From NCBI RefSeq assembly GCF_009914755.1, contig NC_060930.1: a DNA stretch of 64,000 bases, one strand, 5' to 3'. A program made the position numbers and the translations under genes. Source of the DNA: the human T2T-CHM13v2.0 reference genome, Homo sapiens. Below, in pieces: positions 41,325 through 55,266 of this stretch (its first letter is position 1; the number at the start of each line of letters is the position of its first letter). The notes beneath the pieces were generated by a model. It did not search any database. It saw only the letters and a list, made by a program, of their open reading frames with translations, and was not told where the DNA came from.

Positions 41325-42789
41325 GTTGTACACCAGTCTGTAATTCTTAATTAAAATTAGCTAAAAAATTATCTTAGCTAATTTTAATTAAAATTAGCTA
41401 AAAGATATTGCACTTTTCAAGTGTATGGGTGAGCTTAATAATGTTTAACCATGGCTTTATTAAGTGAATGCTTGGGTCTTCAACATTAAATTCAACTTAC
41501 TTCACATTAATGTTTGCAAATACATTATCATCAATTCTTACATAATTCACATCAACCAACTTGAAGTGCAGAAGGCTTGCACTCAAATAACTCTTCTGAG
41601 GTGACAAAGAAGCCCAAGACTTGAGTCCAAGTCTCTAACCAACAATGACTATATCAACACTGGTGAACTCATATGAAGGAACTTCAAGGTTGGGAGGTGC
41701 AGGCCCCTTCCTAATCCTGCCAAAAGCATCATAGTGTGACCCATGGCAAGGGCAGTAATAATTACCAGAATCTCCTGCAAATGCAGTGAGTACATAACCA
41801 AGGCGAATGCAAACACTTATCAGGATAACCTACTTAAAGTTATGGGGTACATGTCCAGAACGTGCAGGTTTGTTACATAGGTATACATGTGCCATGGTGG
41901 TTTGCTGCATCCATCAACCCGTCATCTACATTAGGTATTTCACCTAATGCTATCCCTCCCTTAGACCCCCACTCCCTGACAGCCCCAGTGTGTGATGTTC
42001 CCCTCTCTGTGTCCATGCGTTCTCATTGTTCAACTCCCACTTATGAGTGAGAACATGTGGTGTTTGGTTTTCTGTTCTTGTGTTAATGATGGTTTCCAGC
42101 TTCATTCATGTCCCTGTAAAGGACATGAACTCATCCTTTTTTATGGCTGCATAGTATTCCATGGTGTACATATGCCACATTTTCTTTATCCAGTCATCAT
42201 TGATGGTGATAGACTGCATAAAGAAAATGGGGTTTCTTTACTTGTTCTAAATCATGCTGTGGATCCCTCAAATGGGACCTTTCAACTGCAGCTTCCTAGT
42301 TAGTTTCCTTTTTGGTTCTGTGGCCCACAAACAGGAGTTTGCCTCTATCTTTGAAAGCCATATTCTTGCCTTCTGGAATATCGGATAACTTGAATTTGAT
42401 TTTGACATGGCCAACACATCAGCAGAAGCCCTCACGCTGGGAACAAACTAGGGGAAGACATTGTTGGCACCATATGCGATAGTAGCTGTTGCAGTTGACA
42501 AATAAGAGTAGCCTTTTCTAGCCTTGCTGCTTTTTTTTGAAGACTTTGTACTATCTAAAACTTCAGTGCAATGCTACCCAGAAAAGGCAAGCACTTTGAT
42601 GTCCATAAGGGAACAATTAACAGAAGCAGGGACATTGCGGCCCATGTCCTGGCCACCCAGCGGCTCCTGGCACAGGAAGGGCCGCTTCATGTCCAGCACA
42701 GGCAGCTCCGGGGCAGCAGGCACCGCGGCCCACACCAGGGGCCACAGTGCACCCGCCACTTCATGGCACGTGGCCAACAGGATGGGCGC
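41325..42789 (-). pseudogene. UQCRFS1: UQCRFS1 (Rieske iron-sulfur protein) processed pseudogene, split by an L1 fragment
   Basis: Minus strand 42789-42231 reads [76 protein letters not shown]. Segment 41830-41635 reads [53 protein letters not shown]. 3'UTR with AATAAA at 41456-41461. No intron, stops and frameshifts present, first ~10 codons missing. The symbol names the parent gene. Confidence 0.95.
41831..42229 (-). mobile_element. L1PA (PA6-PA8-like) 3'UTR fragment without poly(A) or TSD
   Basis: ggggtacatg..gtgcaggtttgttacatagg..ctcattgttcaactcccacttatgagtgagaacatg..atgaactcatcc. No T-run at 41831. Confidence 0.92.
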
Positions 42790-43239
42790 TAATCTACATT
42801 TATAACAGAACTCCAACTAGCTGGGCATATATCCATCCAGTTAAATTACTACATTACCCAGAATCCCATGACTTGACTATGTTCTAGTCAATGAGAAATA
42901 AACAGAAGTGTGGTGCTTCCAAGGAGTTTCTTTTGAAAGGAAGATCACAGCCCTCTTTTCTTCTCCAAATTGCAACCCATAACAATATGCAAACATATGA
43001 ATGTTAGAACTCTGGCAGCAGCTTTTGCCCTAGGTAGCTGAGAAGTGAGCTGGAAAGAGATAAAATTGTTGTAGAGTTATGATTCTCTCTCTGAATTATA
43101 TATCTCTAAAATTCTTTTAGGTGAGATAGAAATGCATTTTTGTCTTCATTAAGTCACTGTTACATGCAGTACATGTAGTAAAATCGAATCTTAACTCATA
43201 AGTGTGGCTTTAGGACACAACTCCAAAATCAATGCTCCA

Positions 43240-43324
43240 AACCCTGCTTTCTTCCCAAAGATTATGACCTAAATATCCAGCCACCTTCTGGATAGCTTTA
43301 TCTGAATATATCAACACTCCCCCA

Positions 43325-43356
<32 letters not shown>

Positions 43357-44200
43357 TTAGCAAGAATAAAACACAACTCATATTTCCTCCAAAATATGCT
43401 CTTTATGCTGTATTTCCTAGCTCAATTTGAAGGAAGATTCAACCATTTATTTGCTGAGTGACATATCAGGGGAATCTTTTTGCTTCCCATTCCTTCCCAT
43501 CTGCCAGTAACCAGCATTCCTCCTGCAAGATGTCTGGGATCTTCTTACCAGCAGCTATCACGTATTGCTCTCTCCATCCCATTGTCACCATTCTGGTTTT
43601 GACCCTTACAAAGCCTTGCCTGAATCATAGTAACAGCCTCTTAACTGGTGTGCCTGCCTCTAGTTTCAACTCTACTAACACCCTTCTACAATCCTATATG
43701 AAAATCTAATAGCATCATTTCCTGGCTTAAAATCTTTTCATGGCTCTCATTAAGGATGGAAAAAAGCCAAGTTCCTTGGCATGGTATTCAGGGCCCTTCA
43801 GGATCTAGCCAGCACTGAGTCCCCTAAAGCAAATCCTAATATAGCTCTCTTTACTATCTTCTCTTATTGCCCACTAAAGCAATACTCAGTCTCTGGAAAG
43901 CTAGGCTTTTCCAGTCCCCAGCACCTTTGTCATAGCATTCTCTTCATCTGGAATGACTTTTCCCCTACTTACATGTCCAAATAATTCACCTAAATATACA
44001 GCTCAGGTGACAACATTGCTGTGAAGCTGTCACTGATGTCTTCCCAATAAAATTCATATATACTTTTAAACTTGTACCTTGAAAGTTGCATGGCAATTGT
44101 TTATCTGCAAACTTGACTCCGATGATAAACTGTGAAGTGGTTAGATCGAGGATTATGTCTATTCATCTTGGCAGTCCCACCTGAAAAATAATAGGTATTT
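43240..44200 (+). mobile_element. L2 LINE fragments with (CA)n at 43327-43352
   Basis: aacagcctcttaactggt, aaatcttttcatggctc, ttcagggcccttcaggatct, cagctcaggtg motifs. Confidence 0.65.
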
Positions 44201-44617
44201 ATTCCAATGGTAATAATAATAATAGCCAACTCTAATTCAGAATATCCTATACACTGACACCTTTGTAAGTACTTCATTTGTAGCTCAATTAATTACCAAT
44301 GAGGAAGCACTATTACTATTTTACATGTAAAAACAAAGGCACAAACACATAAAGTAACATACACAGCTAGAGAGTTAGGCTTCGGATCTAGGAAGCCAGC
44401 TTCATATCTGTGCATTTAACCTTGGAATGGCTACATTAGGATGCTCCCAAATGAGCATCTTTGCTTTCTTCTAATCTTTCTCAAATTGTCCAAGACCTTA
44501 TGAGGTTCAAAAATAGATGCTAAATCTATGAGGAGAGGGTGGAGGTCAAAAGAAATGTATTCATATTTGCTAGAAAAAAAAACAGATTGCCCAATTTTAA
44601 AAAATGGATAGCCCAAC

Positions 44618-44790
44618 ATAGATATTTCCAAACATAGAAGATGATCAGAACTCCCTAGGGAACTTTGTAAAATATGCATTCCCGGTCCCAACCAAGATCT
44701 AGTAAATCGGCATCCCGAAAGTTAAAGGAAAATTTGTTTAAAGTAAATACAAAATTTCTGGGAATTTTAAGCAATGCGTTGCTATTTAGA
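44618..44790. mobile_element. MER5-like hAT MITE fragment
   Basis: atcagaactccctaggg...tttgtaaaatatgcattcccggtccca. Confidence 0.45.
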
Positions 44791-46023
44791 CTCAAGTCCA
44801 GAAATATATTTCCATACTATGTCTCCAAAATTCCCCAAACGTGCAAGTCTAATTTATTAAAATGTGAAATTAGCTACCTTGGCATTGCTCATTCTCAGTG
44901 AACCCATGCTGGCTCCTCGTGACCATTCCTCCACAAACTGTCCCTTCCATAACCTACTACAGAGGGTTGCAGGATTATCAGTGTGCAGTTTTGCAACTTT
45001 AAAACATATATTTTGTCTCCTTTATGATGATTGAGGCAACATTTTCCATTCAACGGTATTTCCTTTCTCCCTAAATTCTCAAAATATTTCTGGCAGTAAT
45101 TCTACAAGTTACTTCTGTATCTTAGGGTGTAATGGATCTAAATCCAGTGTGAGGAACTCATTTCAAAGAACTGGGCATTTTCTTCCTCTTAGCCATGTTT
45201 GTCCTATTCTTTCAAAATGATAGAGAATTTAATAATGTTATTCTTTAAAATATTATTTTATGTTGATATGACTTCGTATTAATTTAAAATGTTTTTTAGT
45301 GTTAACTGTTTTATTCATATTTTATTTTAAATAAATTTCTTCATGTAAATTTACTGAAGAACGAGCAATTCAGACAAAAGCACTATGAGGAGGGAAAGAG
45401 TGTATCTATCACATAAGATGTGGAGAGATATAGGCTATAGCTTAAATGCTTGACTTCCTTTAACCTGTATGATACAAGTTTAATTGAATTTTGTTAGTTA
45501 AAAAAAAAAACTGTTTCATGGAGAAAGTGAGATTAGTGTCAGAATTAGAACACAGATCTTCTGATTCTTAAACTGAGACCCTTCTCCCCTTATCACCTAA
45601 GTGGTTTTCAATGCAGTATAATGCACATACAACACAAGTTTGAGCATTTCTTGAGTTAGAATGATTGTGTCTGACAATCAAGGTTCAAAGGCAGAAAATA
45701 TCCATTACAAATAAAGTGACTCTGGACAGGTCCCCTATCCTCCCTAAAATCCAGTTCCTCATCTTAAAGTTGTCCACATCTCATATTCTCACTATTTGTG
45801 TTGAATCAAATGAGTTAACACATATAGGGCTTTACACAGTGTCTGGGGATATTATTATTAGTCAGATGATATCCCTTAACATGAATACTAGAATGGCAAT
45901 GACAGAAATAATTCTTGGCATAATTATCTGGTCTAAAACAATAGAACTTGTTCTATTTTCTGAAATCTTCCTTCTCATCTTTCTCAAATGTAATTGCTAT
46001 ATTTATTTTCATTTATTTCTTTT

Positions 46024-46127
46024 AAAATATGGAATGTTTTTTATGAATTTGCATGTCATTCTTGTGCAGGGACCATGCTAATCTTCTCTGTATCCAATTT
46101 TAGTATATGTGCTGCCAATACCAGCAC
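46024..46127 (-). pseudogene. RNU6: U6 snRNA retropseudogene
   Basis: Reverse complement reads GTGCT..GGCAGCACATATACTAAAATTGG----ATACAGAGAAGATTAGCATGG.CCCTGC.CAAG.ATGACA.GCAAATTC..ATTCCATATTTT. Degenerate tail at 46006-46023; near-TSD taattg(ct/ac)atattta at 45991-46005 and 46128-46142. Confidence 0.95.
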
Positions 46128-46590
46128 TAATTGACATATTTAAATATATCTATTTTTTATATCTCACAGAATTGTATGAAACAGCGTTAGTATTTGGCAT
46201 TTTGAACTAATCAAAAGCAAGATGCTTAAGAATTTAACTCAAATTAACATTAACATTGCCACTTTCACAGGGATGGTATAAAAAGTTATGATGTTACTAA
46301 AGACTCAGCTGGATTCCCGTCAGTGCTAATAATGCTTGAACTTCATCAGCTATTAGTACAATTTAAAAATGCTTTCAACATTTCCTCACAAACCACACCT
46401 CCTCCTAAATAATTTCTCTTGATCATTCTAAAGCATGTCTTTAACTTGCTGACTCCATCAGCTCATCAGACTGAATAGGACAAACAAGGAGAGGAACCTG
46501 GACCCCTCTCCCAGTCAGATATCATCAGAATGCAGAGCTTCTACGTTCTCCAAAGAGGAACAAGGGATTTACTTATAAGAAATAATTCCC

Positions 46591-46892
<302 letters not shown>

Positions 46893-48810
46893 AGAAATAA
46901 TTCCCAAGTCCCTTGATATGAGACATGGCATTGGGTCTCCAATTATTACAGAGTAAATTAAGCTTTATTTCATTTAATTTTTGTTAAATCAATCACTTAA
47001 TGTTTAAAGTAAATAGAGTGGGTGCTATATAATATGGTTGCATTGGGGAGACAGCGAATGAAGAGTGTCCCACACAAATATTGATGGAGTCATCAATTTT
47101 TTAAAAATTAAAAATCAAGACTTGAAACAGTGCAGTACTGAATTTTTGTAATTAACTATGATAAAAGTCTAACAATCAGACATTTCTCTGCAGTAAATTT
47201 TACATCTCCCTTAAAAATTTCATACCTTTCATGTCCATTGTGACAGATCAGAGGAAAAGTACGAGGGTTTATATAACACGTTAAATATAAAAGTTATCTA
47301 GCTTCAAGTGAAACTACTTTTTTATTCAAAATAATTCAACAATAACCCTTCATATATGATTGATCATTAAATCCATCAAAGACACAGTACAGGACAAAAT
47401 TTTTATCACTACCTAGTAAAATCTGTCTAAAGAAATTCTAGTGAAAAGAAGGCATGATTAAAGTATTTCAGTTCCCTTTAGGGGTATGTAAATGTAGGTC
47501 AGTATGTTTCAGTGGTCAGAAAGAGGTTAATGCCAGCTCTAGACTTACTCAAAAGGTCCATTTGAGGTTATGATAATTTTGATAGCACGGTAATAATTTC
47601 CGGACATCCCCCCACCTCACCATTTTCCCAAACCTTGAGAAAGCCTTCTGATTCTTCCCATATATGCCACTTTTACAAAGGAGCAGAGCCTTTGAAAGAA
47701 AAACATTTTTGGCTCTGTTAATGCTAGTGTATTCTTCCAGCCCAGTATTCAGCGTTCAGGACTGGACAGGCAATTACATGCAAATTTGTCGGGAGCTAGG
47801 AGGTTCATTTACTACATTCAACCCCATAGAGGAAGATCAATAGAAGTGCAAAACTTAATCCTAGATGAAAGCACCATGTTCAGGTAATGGTTATAGAGTT
47901 AAGGCCCTCAGAAGAATGTTAGGAATCAAAAGGGCATGCTAGAGAAAGGCATTATGCATAGTGCTTTTTTGAACCATATGGGAAAGACAACAGACAAAGT
48001 GAACCAAAGAGTTGGAATACAAGAAGGTAGACATGCAGTTCAACACAAATTGTTAGGGTTTTTCAAAAGATATGAATGAGGATTGGACCAATTAAAAATG
48101 GCTGCCTCGAAAACCTTTTGTTGGTTATTTAAAGAATAGTGGGGTACAAACAATTGCTCAAATGTAAACCATGCAAGCCATGCTTGCATTTAACTCTGAA
48201 CTAAAAGGGGGACTCCTTACTGCTAGTTTTCCTGTCTCTTAGTTTTTGTGTGGGTTTTCTTGATGTCTCCCCCTGCCCGAGGCCACATACTCTGTTGACA
48301 TTTAATAAAAGTTATTGAGCAGTTCATAATAAATATCTAGAAGAATATATACATTAAGAATTATCATCGATTTCATGGAAGACAGATAATGGAAAAGAAC
48401 AGGGTGGGAACTACTTTGTGTTGTAGAGGCTAGCGATTGTTCTGATTGGTTGTTAAGTAATTTGAATATCACCACAAAGTATGAATGGGTATGTAGCCTG
48501 CATTACCAGAGGAAGATAAAAGTCCTTAAAGCATATAATTAGTCTTCATCAATACCAACTATCAATGTCTTCAGAAAGAATTGTGGGGATACTCAACCTG
48601 GTGTCCAATGGATTTTTCAGAGGATCCTTGAATGATTTCCAAAATTCTCATGCACCAACTAAAATTGCATGCAAATTTTTATGTACATTTTGCCATTTAC
48701 TGTTCCCATTTACTGAAGAAAGAAGTCTTTAAGAAGATTTAGAAATTTTTTGAAACAGAAAAAAAAAGCCAGAGTCTCTAAAGAATAAGAAAATTGGCCA
48801 GCAATTTCTC

Positions 48811-49240
48811 TGTAGATTAATCTAGGTCTCCTAAGAAGGAGATGTCAAAGACAAGATTAAACATGCAAGGACTTTATTAGAGGAAATGTCTGTGAGAAAA
48901 AAAATGGGGGAAGAGTCAGAAAGACAAAAAGACCCATTAGGCCAAGATGCAAGTCTGACCCTGAGAGAAGAGAGGAAAGAAATCACCCCCAGGCCATCAT
49001 GTGCTCTATGGAAGGTTATAGGAGAGTTCCTGAACCAAAGTTGGTCATCAGTGGAGTTCCACGTCTCACAAGAACAGGTATGCCTCAGTTATCTCTGCCA
49101 TACTCAGTTTGGAGGAAACTGGTGGGAAGCATGGCCTCAGCCCAGACATGGCAATGGATTTTAGAGCCTAGCAGCTAGGGCCCTTCGTCAGTCTTGTTTG
49201 CTGCAGTTCAAAGTCTGCAAAGCACATTTCTTTTGACGCC
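48811..49240 (-). mobile_element. Old ERVL-type LTR (LTR33/40/41-like)
   Basis: tgtagatt...aagaaggagatg..aagacaagatta..tgcaaggactttatt; gatgcaagtctgacc motif. Confidence 0.55.
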
Positions 49241-50059
49241 CCCCTCCTCCAACCAACACACACAGTCTAAGTCATGTTATTGGTCAACTCTGGTCTCCAA
49301 CCTGCCCATACACTTGTTCAGGAAATCAGACTGAATTACATGCAGCTGGAACTAGTCACTTACTTTCCTCATGTTTCCTTGAAGACAATATATAATAATT
49401 GATATATTAAGATCTATAATATAATAAGATCTATATAATAATCCGAATTTGAAACTTGTTTAGATCGCTAATCCTTTAATACATTCTAGACATACTGCCA
49501 GGCTTTGTCTTCATAATTTTTTCTGGCTTTTATTCAAAACTGGAAAAAAAAAAGATTTCTGTCTTTCTCCACCTAGTTGTCCTTGAATTAGGCATTCACA
49601 AATAGAGCTCAAGAGTTCATTATGGTAAGATACTGTATTAGGTGCAGGGTGGAATATGATGAAAAACAAGCTATTAACTGTATAATCCCAGATTCAGCTT
49701 TTTAAATTGAATGAGAGAGGCAGGCAGGAAAGAGCATGACCAATAGATAAAATTCCATAAGAAAACCTCAGCAGTCACAACCTAGAAACACAATGTATAT
49801 GCCTCAACATGATTACTTTGGTGAATTACAATGTCATTTCAGAAAACTGCTCTCATAGTACTTTGATAATGATACATATAAGTGATACATTAAAAAAAAA
49901 GTATTATGGCTAGAAGGCCTTGGTTTAGTGACATTGACCCAATTCTGATTTTGAAGTTTACAGTAGCATGCTTAATCTATGTTACTTAATGGAACCTAAT
50001 CAAAGACAGTTATTTCCATGAGAAAATTGTCTAAAATCTTGGCTTAATTCTCTGTACTG

Positions 50060-50685
50060 AAACTTAAAGAAGGGCGAGAAAGCAACTTCAAGAACAAAAA
50101 AATATAATTTAAAAACAAATAACAAACTAGAAAAGTATTTACAGTATACATTGTAAATCCTTAATTTACGAAACACTTTCACAAATCAATGATAAAATGA
50201 TAAATATACAAATTTAAAAATTGGCAAAAGTAGTGAATACAAAATGTGCAGAAGAAATACACACAGATCATATATGAAAAAAATCAACTTCACTTATAAT
50301 GAATGAAATGCAAGTTAAATAATAAACTTCCATTTTCATTTACATAATTGACAATTCATAAAAATAATAAAATTTACCACTGGTAAGGATATTGGGAAGC
50401 AGTTCTCTCCTGGAAATAGTTTGAAATTTCTGTTGAAGGCAATATTATACACTAAAGGCCTTAAACAAGGTCTGTTTTTGACCCAGATTCCACTTTCAGA
50501 AATATAGCCTAAAGAAATATTACAGATATGTAAAAAGCATATAACAATATTTAATAAATGGATTCATAACTATAAAATAGAGGCTTGCTTAAGGATATTA
50601 ATAAAATGAAATATTACATAGCCATTAAAAATCATGTTTAGAAAAAATAACTATTAACATATGACAGATAACATGTTTCTGATAA
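50060..50685 (+). mobile_element. Old L1ME-like 3' fragment
   Basis: acaaatcaatgat.., tttgacccagattccactt, aaatgaaatattacatagccattaaaaa. Confidence 0.55.
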
Positions 50686-50690
50686 GTTTC

Positions 50691-51070
50691 TGTATTAGTT
50701 CATTCTTGCACTGCTATAAAGAACTACTGAGACTGGGTAATTTATAAAGAAAAGAGGATTAATTGACTCACAGTTCCACAGGCTGTACAGGAAGCATGGC
50801 TGAGGAGGCCTCAGGAAACTTACAATCATGGCAGAAAGTGAAGAAGAAGGAGCCACGTTTTACATGATCAAAGAAGGAGAAAGTGTGAAGGGGAAGGTGC
50901 CACACACTTTTACACAATGAGGTCTCATGAGAGTCACTGACTATCTTGAGAACAGCAAGGAGGAAATCCACCCCCATAATCCAATCACCTCCCACCAGGC
51001 CCCTCCTCCAACACTGGGGACTACAATTTTACATAAGATTTGGGTAGAGACACAAATCCAAACCATATCA
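50691..51070 (-). mobile_element. MSTA solo LTR (MaLR)
   Basis: tgtattagt...aaaccatatca termini; perfect 5-bp TSD gtttc. Confidence 0.93.
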
Positions 51071-51426
51071 GTTTCTAAATGAAATGGTAGGTTCCATTTT
51101 TTTATTTTGTATCTGCATTTCTATTGATTTTGCAGGACAGTTCCAAGATAATAATTTGATGGCAGCAGACTTCTGGTTTTGATTCAAAGTTCTGCTGTAA
51201 AATCAATGGCTCCATGCCTATTACTTGAAAAATATGCCAGACAATAATAGAGTTTTTGACAATGCACCAGTGCTTATTTTATGTGAATTTAAAGAACATA
51301 TGGGCAGGGATATTATTCAAATACTCCAGTCATGATTTATCAACCCCAGATAGCCAAGCTGATAGTACGAAACGGACTGTGGAGGATGACCTAAAGTAAA
51401 ACTCTTAGAAAAGAGGACCCAGTATG

Positions 51427-51873
<447 letters not shown>

Positions 51874-52407
51874 TCAACTTCAGTTGCCTCACCAGTAAGA
51901 TAAGGATACTACCCTCTAGAGAGGACTCATACGAAGATTACGGATGATGTATGTAAAGGCTTCACCCTCCCCATATCTAACAGAGGGTCGGTATTTCTGA
52001 AGCACTAGCAATTAAAAGCGGTTTCATCACTTTTAAAAACAGGAGTAGTCCTACTGAATTACTAATGGAGCCACAACCCTATCCAGCCAGACTTAAAATG
52101 GGATTCACAAGGCAAATAAGCAAATGGATGTTTATTTCACCCAAGAAGACAAACTTCAAGAAGAAAACCTCAAAATTTGTTAGTGGTCCTACCAGTTTGA
52201 CCTGGATTTATTTATCATCATACACTTGCAATCTAGGGATACTGCATGTTCTGTGGACGTTATCTAGACCTGTGTGTCTTTGCATTGTTTTCAGAAGAAA
52301 AATCATCTAATGTCCTATCATTACCTATATGATAATAACTAGTATGATTTATTAAGCAACTATTATGTGTCAAGCCCTCAGATGCTCTACATATATAACT
52401 TTATCTA

Positions 52408-52785
<378 letters not shown>

Positions 52786-53371
52786 TTAGAAGTCATATGT
52801 TCTTTAGCATGGCACATAAGGCTCTTCACAACTTTGTAACTAGGCTGCAATTTTCTCATGCATAAAATGTTTAAAAGACAGTAGTATCTGGGATGAGAGA
52901 GGATAGTGGTGAATGAGGATCACCTTGAGCTGTGTTATTTCTGGGAAACTTGATAGAGGTGGAGGAATCAGTTGGGTCCTCGTGTAGAAAAGATTTAGAG
53001 AAGCAAAGAGTAAGATATGAATCCCATGTATGACAGGAAAAAATGATGTTCTCAAGCAGCATCAGTGGCCCAGATGAGGAAAGTCCAAATGAATTTGTGG
53101 TGAACTAGCTCCATCAAGAACTGGAAAATATTCAGTAAATGGTGTTGGTGATTGTAGATCATATTTCTTGGAAGGTTCAGAATTAGAACCCTAACTGTGA
53201 TATCAATATACAGAAGGAAAAATAGAAAAATATACAAGTGTTAATCCTCTTGCCAACTCTAAAGAGAATAACAAGATTGCAAATAATGCTAATTTGAGCA
53301 ATACGTTGATAGATTCATATAAGCAGATATATCTGTAATTAATTCAAGTAAAAATGTTTTAAAACTCCATG

Positions 53372-54392
<1,021 letters not shown>

Positions 54393-54956
54393 GGACTAAC
54401 TGAAGAATACCTTTAAATGCTTTCAAAACTCCTTAATTCCTATCAAAACAGGTGGAAACCCTGTCAAGAACAGTGGTCCATCAGCTGGTAAACAGAATAA
54501 ATAATGCAGAAATTGTACAGTATAATTATCCATCATTATGGCAAACATGTTCCTTTAGCCCCAAAATGAGTAATCCTATAATGAATTTACTCCAAAGTAT
54601 CTAAGGTGAGTAAGCAATTCTTTTGTAGTAAACTACTTGCTGCTATGAGGTAAATTAACTCTTCCGGACACCATTTAAAAAATCACTTCTTACAGAGTAC
54701 TAAATTGTACACTGATGTTCTAGGCAGTTAATTTGCCACACAGGAGAATTTTTGTCCTGTGGGGTATTTTATTCCTCTTACCTCACATGGATCATGTAGA
54801 GTCTAAGAAAGTCATCTAGATTACTGCGACTATTTAAATTTGTGCCATTTAAATGAAATACACTGTGAGGTTCATAACAAAAATAAATTGAATTGAATAT
54901 TGTTAGGGAACTTGGTAGAATTTCTTTCAGACAACAATCTGGGTAGTGGTTTTTAG

Positions 54957-55266
<310 letters not shown>

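Noticed and set aside
47400-48100. Possible CR1/L3 remnant (also ~44860-45230)
   Set aside because: The resemblance is too weak to support without an HMM search.
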